Virus record (IMG/VR): IMGVR_UViG_3300013006_000023
Span: 43,652 to 107,651 of that record
Length of the DNA: 64,000 bases
Source: a virus
Strand: one strand, 5' to 3'
Program-made: the position numbers and the translations under genes
Shown here: in pieces, positions 59,383 through 64,000 of the stretch
Layout: each line of letters opens with the position of its first letter
Position numbering within the stretch: position 1 is the first letter of the stretch
The notes under the pieces: generated by a model
Told to the model about the DNA's origin: nothing
Seen by the model: the letters and a program-made list of their open reading frames with translations, nothing else
The model's database searches: none

Positions 59383-60992
59383 AAATAAAAGATATAGTGG
59401 CACAATCAGGATTATTATATGATAGAGTTCTCATACAGAATCTAACTCTTCCACATAACATGGACACAATAAAGATTCAACCCAATGACACATCATCTGG
59501 CACTTTGATAAATCAAAAGCTTGAATATCTGTATAATAATTTTCTTTATTTGTATAAAAATACACAAGTGCTTTCTAACATTATTCCTGTTTCATCATAT
59601 TTTACCTCCATCATAGGTGTGACTGCCAATTCAAATGTGCTCAACGTGTACAAACAAAAAACTACATCACAATTTACATATCTCTCCGCTGACAGTTTGT
59701 ATGTTAATATGGACTTAACAAAATCCATTTTGTTTGTTTCCAACAATGATAATAACAATGATTATATTTTCTGTGGATACAGAGGAAATATTAATGCCTT
59801 TAACATCAATGAAGATGCATCTGTCATAAGGAATGTGTTCAGTACCAATCAAATTGAAACCCCGTACAATGTTTATTTTTTAAATATTAAATCCATTGTT
59901 AAGTATAATAATAATATCTTTGTTTTGGATAATTTGAATAATATTTTAGTAAAATATGATGCATCTGGGTTTACAACTGACAATAACATAACAAAAGAAA
60001 GACTAATATATCTCAACACCATTGGAGGTCTTGGCACTGTAACTACCAAAACTGAATTTAATAATCCTCAAAGCATGGCATGTTATAACAATTCAATTTA
60101 TGTGCTTGATTCAGGAAACAGCTGCATAAAGCAGTTTGATGTGAATTTAAATTGGAAACAAACTTTTAGATTAACAAGAGATTTTCTTAAACACTATCCA
60201 ATTGACATTAAAATTGATAATTTTGGTGCAGCTTATGTATTAACAAACAACGATACAATTCTGAAGTACGATATTAATTTTCAAAACTATGAAATCCTTG
60301 ATTTGAAAAACATAAAAACAGGTGACGAGAGTTTTGTTCAACTGTGTTTTTCTGAATATGACAGCAACATATTTTATGTAATTTCAAATAAAAATGTGTA
60401 TAAAAAGTTAGTCAATAATCCCACACAGCTAGTGGGTAAATATCTGTTTTATTTGTACAATTACAACACAGCAGAGAATATCACTTGTTTCAGTTCAGCA
60501 TCTGGCATTGATGGAGACAAAAATATTCTTTTTTCTACTAACAATTCCAAAGGTAAAATTGGCTATTTTTATGACAATTTAAATCTATTTGATATCTTGT
60601 CAATTAATAATTTTGATGTGTACACTTTGCAGGATGTTCTTTTATCAGAACAAGAGTATATACAAAACTGGGTTTTCAATAAGTCGATTTCCAAATTGCT
60701 GGTAAATTTAATTAGACTCAAGGATCAAATAGTTGGCAAATTTCTAGCACAAAGAGACAGCTTTGGCAATATTGCGTTTGATGGAACACGCTACTTAACA
60801 CCCAATGAACTGGAAAGTGTTACTATAAAACAAGATATAAGTTATTTTATAGGTTGCAATGAACCTGTAAGCAATGCAATTGTAAATAGAGTGCTGGAAA
60901 ACATATATCATATTCAACTTGATCTATCAAAAATTCTCAATGCAGATATAACTAATATACCTGCTCTTGATAAAACATTGATATTAAATTAA
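59379..60992 (+). CDS. NHL-type beta-propeller structural protein
   Basis: ATGA coupling; GGLG...[23 protein letters not shown]. Confidence 0.7.
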   Translation: MKIKDIVAQSGLLYDRVLIQNLTLPHNMDTIKIQPNDTSSGTLINQKLEYLYNNFLYLYKNTQVLSNIIPVSSYFTSIIGVTANSNVLNVYKQKTTSQFTYLSADSLYVNMDLTKSILFVSNNDNNNDYIFCGYRGNINAFNINEDASVIRNVFSTNQIETPYNVYFLNIKSIVKYNNNIFVLDNLNNILVKYDASGFTTDNNITKERLIYLNTIGGLGTVTTKTEFNNPQSMACYNNSIYVLDSGNSCIKQFDVNLNWKQTFRLTRDFLKHYPIDIKIDNFGAAYVLTNNDTILKYDINFQNYEILDLKNIKTGDESFVQLCFSEYDSNIFYVISNKNVYKKLVNNPTQLVGKYLFYLYNYNTAENITCFSSASGIDGDKNILFSTNNSKGKIGYFYDNLNLFDILSINNFDVYTLQDVLLSEQEYIQNWVFNKSISKLLVNLIRLKDQIVGKFLAQRDSFGNIAFDGTRYLTPNELESVTIKQDISYFIGCNEPVSNAIVNRVLENIYHIQLDLSKILNADITNIPALDKTLILN

Positions 60993-61000
60993 ATACTTCC

Positions 61001-62140
61001 GTGGCTAACCAGTTTTTATTCAAAATTAACAACAGTGCAGGGCTGGAGCCACTTGTAACACAAGAGCCTTCACGCACACCCACACCCACCAGAACCCCCA
61101 CCCCCACCCCCACTCCGTCCAATACTCCCACACCTACCCAGACTCCTACCCAGACCCCTTCACAAACACCTACAATTTCCATAACACCCACGCAAACATT
61201 AACTCCTACACAGACACCCACAAAGACTCCCACGCCCACACAAACGCCTTCCACAACTCCTACACAGACACCCACCCCCACACAAACACCTTCACAAACT
61301 GCCACACCCACACAAACACCTTCCACAACACCCACCATGTCGCCCACCATGTCACAGACACCCACACAAACACCCACCAGCACGCAAACCCCCACGCAAA
61401 CACCCACACCTACTCAAACGCCTACACGCACACCTACGCAAACACCTACGCAAACGCCCACATCCACACAGACTCCCACTCCCACACGCACACCCACACA
61501 AACACCTTCACCTACACAAACGCCTTCCACAACCCCCACCATGACACCTACACCCACACAGACACCTACCAATACTTCCACACCCACACGCACACCCACG
61601 CAAACACCTTCCAACACATGCACACCCACAAAGACCCCTACACCCACTCAAACTCCTTCCAACACACCCACAGTCACCATAAGCAATTCACCCACACCCA
61701 CCAAAACACCTTCCAACACACCCACACCCAGCATCACACCTTCCAACACACCCACACCCAGCATCACACCTTCTAAAACACCCACACCCACTGCAACCAA
61801 TGTGGCTTTTGAGAATTCATGGTTTGCAGGCCCAGGGGAAGGCGGTATATCCAACAGCCCAATTGACGACATGGCTGCATCTGCTGAACAAGATAATGTA
61901 TGGAAAATTTACTACAGTGGCGCATACTACATTGGCAGTACTGAACTAATGTCATTCTCACTTAATGGTGTTGGCGTTATTGGCTTGACTTACCAATCTG
62001 AACGAGCATCTGGCCCAGGTAAAACCATTGCCATAGAGCACAATGTGCCTGGTGGCAGAAAATATTCTTACACTTTGTTAACTGTCTCGCCTGGAGATAT
62101 TGCACTTGGCAGTGCACTAGCACCAGCAACACCCCAATAA
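61001..62140 (+). CDS. Mucin-like Thr/Pro-rich protein with small C-terminal domain
   Basis: About 240 of 379 residues form a T/P/S/Q repeat; late motif 5 nt upstream. Confidence 0.8.
   Translation: MANQFLFKINNSAGLEPLVTQEPSRTPTPTRTPTPTPTPSNTPTPTQTPTQTPSQTPTISITPTQTLTPTQTPTKTPTPTQTPSTTPTQTPTPTQTPSQTATPTQTPSTTPTMSPTMSQTPTQTPTSTQTPTQTPTPTQTPTRTPTQTPTQTPTSTQTPTPTRTPTQTPSPTQTPSTTPTMTPTPTQTPTNTSTPTRTPTQTPSNTCTPTKTPTPTQTPSNTPTVTISNSPTPTKTPSNTPTPSITPSNTPTPSITPSKTPTPTATNVAFENSWFAGPGEGGISNSPIDDMAASAEQDNVWKIYYSGAYYIGSTELMSFSLNGVGVIGLTYQSERASGPGKTIAIEHNVPGGRKYSYTLLTVSPGDIALGSALAPATPQ
61065..61795 (+). repeat. Long Thr/Pro/Gln coding repeat
   Basis: A/C-rich ACACCC tandem codons. Confidence 0.92.
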
Positions 62141-62168
62141 TGCATCAAGCTGAACATAAATAATATAA

Positions 62169-62474
62169 ATGAACACATATGCATATTCAGTCACAGGCCC
62201 CACAGATGGGTTGGGCACAGTTGGAGGCAAACAAGATGTGGCAGTCACCACGCATTATGATGCATCACAACCTGGAGCATTGGCCACTTTTTATTGGAAC
62301 GGCGAATACATCAATGGCAGTCCATGTGCAATGTACATAAAAGTCAGTCAATTGGCCCCATGGTACATATTGAAAGTGGAATTCAACAGTTCCAGATTGG
62401 GTCAACCTTGGAAATATGCAGTGGATGATAAGATTTTTGAAGGTAAATTCGTAGATTCAACAATAGATTATTAA
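62169..62474 (+). CDS. Small late protein (stand-alone domain)
   Basis: Late motif 6 nt upstream; resembles the C-terminal domains of its neighbours. Confidence 0.7.
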   Translation: MNTYAYSVTGPTDGLGTVGGKQDVAVTTHYDASQPGALATFYWNGEYINGSPCAMYIKVSQLAPWYILKVEFNSSRLGQPWKYAVDDKIFEGKFVDSTIDY

Positions 62475-62484
62475 ATAATATCAT

Positions 62485-62988
62485 ATGGCACAGCCTCCCA
62501 ATTACAGTGATTTGTCCAGAATAGTGGCATCCAAAGCCATGGATTTTAGTACTTTTGAAAACACCTTGAAGCGTGGGGTGGGGCAAAACATAGGCAGAGG
62601 CAACATACCTTATCCACCTCCCACACCCACACCTTCTGGCACACCCCCTCCACCCCCTTCCAGCACACCCACCCCCACCCCCACACCATCTCCAACAGGT
62701 GCATGGTCCATGCTGCTTACCCCTTTTTCTTTCAACAATGGCATCAGTTTGCAAGGATCTTTTGCCAATCAAGCATTTTATTACACAGGTGACTCATTTG
62801 ATGGATTTCCTTACACCACCACCATATTCTTAAATGATGCATACCAATGTGATGTCACATGGCTTGATGACAGAATTGCCAACAATCTGGCTGATTTTGC
62901 ATTTGCTGAAACCAGTGCCAGTCCAAAGTATTATGGCACGCTAGTGGCTGATGTTACTGGTCAAATTGTATATTTCAATCGCTACTAA
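62485..62988 (+). CDS. Late protein with short Pro/Thr linker
   Basis: Late motif 7 nt upstream; PPPTPTPSGTPPPP. Confidence 0.72.
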   Translation: MAQPPNYSDLSRIVASKAMDFSTFENTLKRGVGQNIGRGNIPYPPPTPTPSGTPPPPPSSTPTPTPTPSPTGAWSMLLTPFSFNNGISLQGSFANQAFYYTGDSFDGFPYTTTIFLNDAYQCDVTWLDDRIANNLADFAFAETSASPKYYGTLVADVTGQIVYFNRY

Positions 62989-63016
62989 TAATCTCAAAAT
63001 CCAATAAGTAATTGTT

Positions 63017-64000
63017 ATGGGACCGTTAAACTACCCTGTAATGAAGGTGTATTCACCTAGTTGCTACATTGGATACACTGGCACAATATCATTACCTTTT
63101 AGTTCTGTAAGTAATTTTGTTACTACAATTATAACACCCCGGCCAGACACTCGTTTAACCTATTTAGTGTATAGGCCAGGTGTTTTTATTCCTGGTTCCA
63201 CATTTACACATTTCCAGCCTGGATCCACATATGAAATTTCATCTTCTTTACCACCATTTGGCAGCTTCACCATACCAGTGTGTGGTAGCAGATTTGAATT
63301 TCCTCAAGTCATTGATTTGTTTTCCGGAAGTACCAACAAAATTGGTACAAATTTCATCACTTACAGTCCCTTTGCAGCTGCTTTTCCGCTGTCCACATTT
63401 GACAGTTTTATTAACTTAGTCTACATAGTCAATCCTGTGGGCAACAGTTCTTACATAGTGTATAGACCTGATAGTGTGATAAAAAACCCTCTTCTCACAC
63501 ATTTTCAACCAGGCAGCAGTTACAATGTGCAAGTGAAACAATCCACAATCTTGTTGCCCACGCCCACACCCACACCTACCAAGACCCCCACATGTACACC
63601 AACAAAGACACCCACCATGACACCCACAAACACACAGACGCCCACTAATACAAGAACACCTTCTCAAACACCTACATCTTCTCAGACACCTTCACAAACA
63701 CCCTCCACGTCACCCACCCCCACCCAGACACCCACTAATACAAGAACACCCTCACAAACACCTACAATTACTCCTACTCAGACTTCTACATCAGCCACTG
63801 TTTCATTGTGTGCCACAGTGTGTGTCACTGGTGCAGGTGAAGATCTTGTGAACACTTTTTATTCCAGAAATGCTGGTATTAACAATGGCAGATATTATGT
63901 AGGCTATCCTAAGTTTGCCGGTTTTGTACCGTACCTGGTGTATTCCAACAGCATATACACCGTAAATGAAGCTGGGTGGGTGATACAAGATGTGACTGGA
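63017..64000 (+). CDS. Thr/Pro-linker protein, 3' truncated by window (absent from ORF track)
   Basis: Hand translation open from ATG 63017 ([14 protein letters not shown]...) to the end; TAAGTA 6 nt upstream; T/P tract about 63556-63795. Confidence 0.8.
   Translation, partial: MGPLNYPVMKVYSPSCYIGYTGTISLPFSSVSNFVTTIITPRPDTRLTYLVYRPGVFIPGSTFTHFQPGSTYEISSSLPPFGSFTIPVCGSRFEFPQVIDLFSGSTNKIGTNFITYSPFAAAFPLSTFDSFINLVYIVNPVGNSSYIVYRPDSVIKNPLLTHFQPGSSYNVQVKQSTILLPTPTPTPTKTPTCTPTKTPTMTPTNTQTPTNTRTPSQTPTSSQTPSQTPSTSPTPTQTPTNTRTPSQTPTITPTQTSTSATVSLCATVCVTGAGEDLVNTFYSRNAGINNGRYYVGYPKFAGFVPYLVYSNSIYTVNEAGWVIQDVTG

Noticed and set aside
60952-61872. Minus-strand Val/Gly/Cys-rich ORFs (also 42803-43078, 53989-54384) and His/Pro-rich frames
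   Set aside because: Shadows of the Thr/Pro codon repeats; no promoter or start context
1-64000. Alternative genetic code (stop-codon reassignment)
   Set aside because: Core genes are full length in the standard code, and TAA, TAG and TGA all end genes; only one local in-frame TAA junction (54431)
1-64000. tRNA, rRNA or structured ncRNA genes
   Set aside because: Intergenic gaps are almost all under 70 nt and no cloverleaf-like sequence was seen
41982-64000. Eukaryotic or giant-virus origin suggested by RCC1, mucin-like and GT60 genes
   Set aside because: Same late-promoter motif and composition as the contiguous T4-like core; no introns or NCLDV markers

Overview
AT-rich segment of a large T4-like myovirus genome (standard genetic code). 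Bases 1-13.5 kb are a replication/recombination block: UvsX, gp41 helicase, gp32, gp45 and gp61 primase, plus QueC, a class II glutamine amidotransferase, a glycosyltransferase, an NDP-rhamnose epimerase/reductase and a phage ribosomal protein bS21. Bases 13.5-42 kb hold neck, terminase, tail and baseplate genes (gp14, 17, 3, 18, 19, 54, 26, tape measure, 48, 53, 27, 16, 25, 6, 7-like), plus dUTPase and gp44. Bases 42-64 kb are an accessory virion block: several putative surface proteins carry long Thr/Pro/Ser mucin-like linkers and lectin, LamG, RCC1 or propeller domains, and they flank a five-gene glycosylation cluster led by a GT60-like polypeptide GlcNAc-transferase. The best candidate for a new system is a phage-encoded mucin-type O-glycosylation pathway for its own virion appendages. 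Also notable: (1) most transcription units look leaderless, with a late TAAATA or a sigma70-like -10 box 5-7 nt before the start codon; (2) the amidotransferase appears to start at ATT; (3) there is a nested in-frame gene with its own late promoter. All calls come from motif recognition and synteny; no searches were run.
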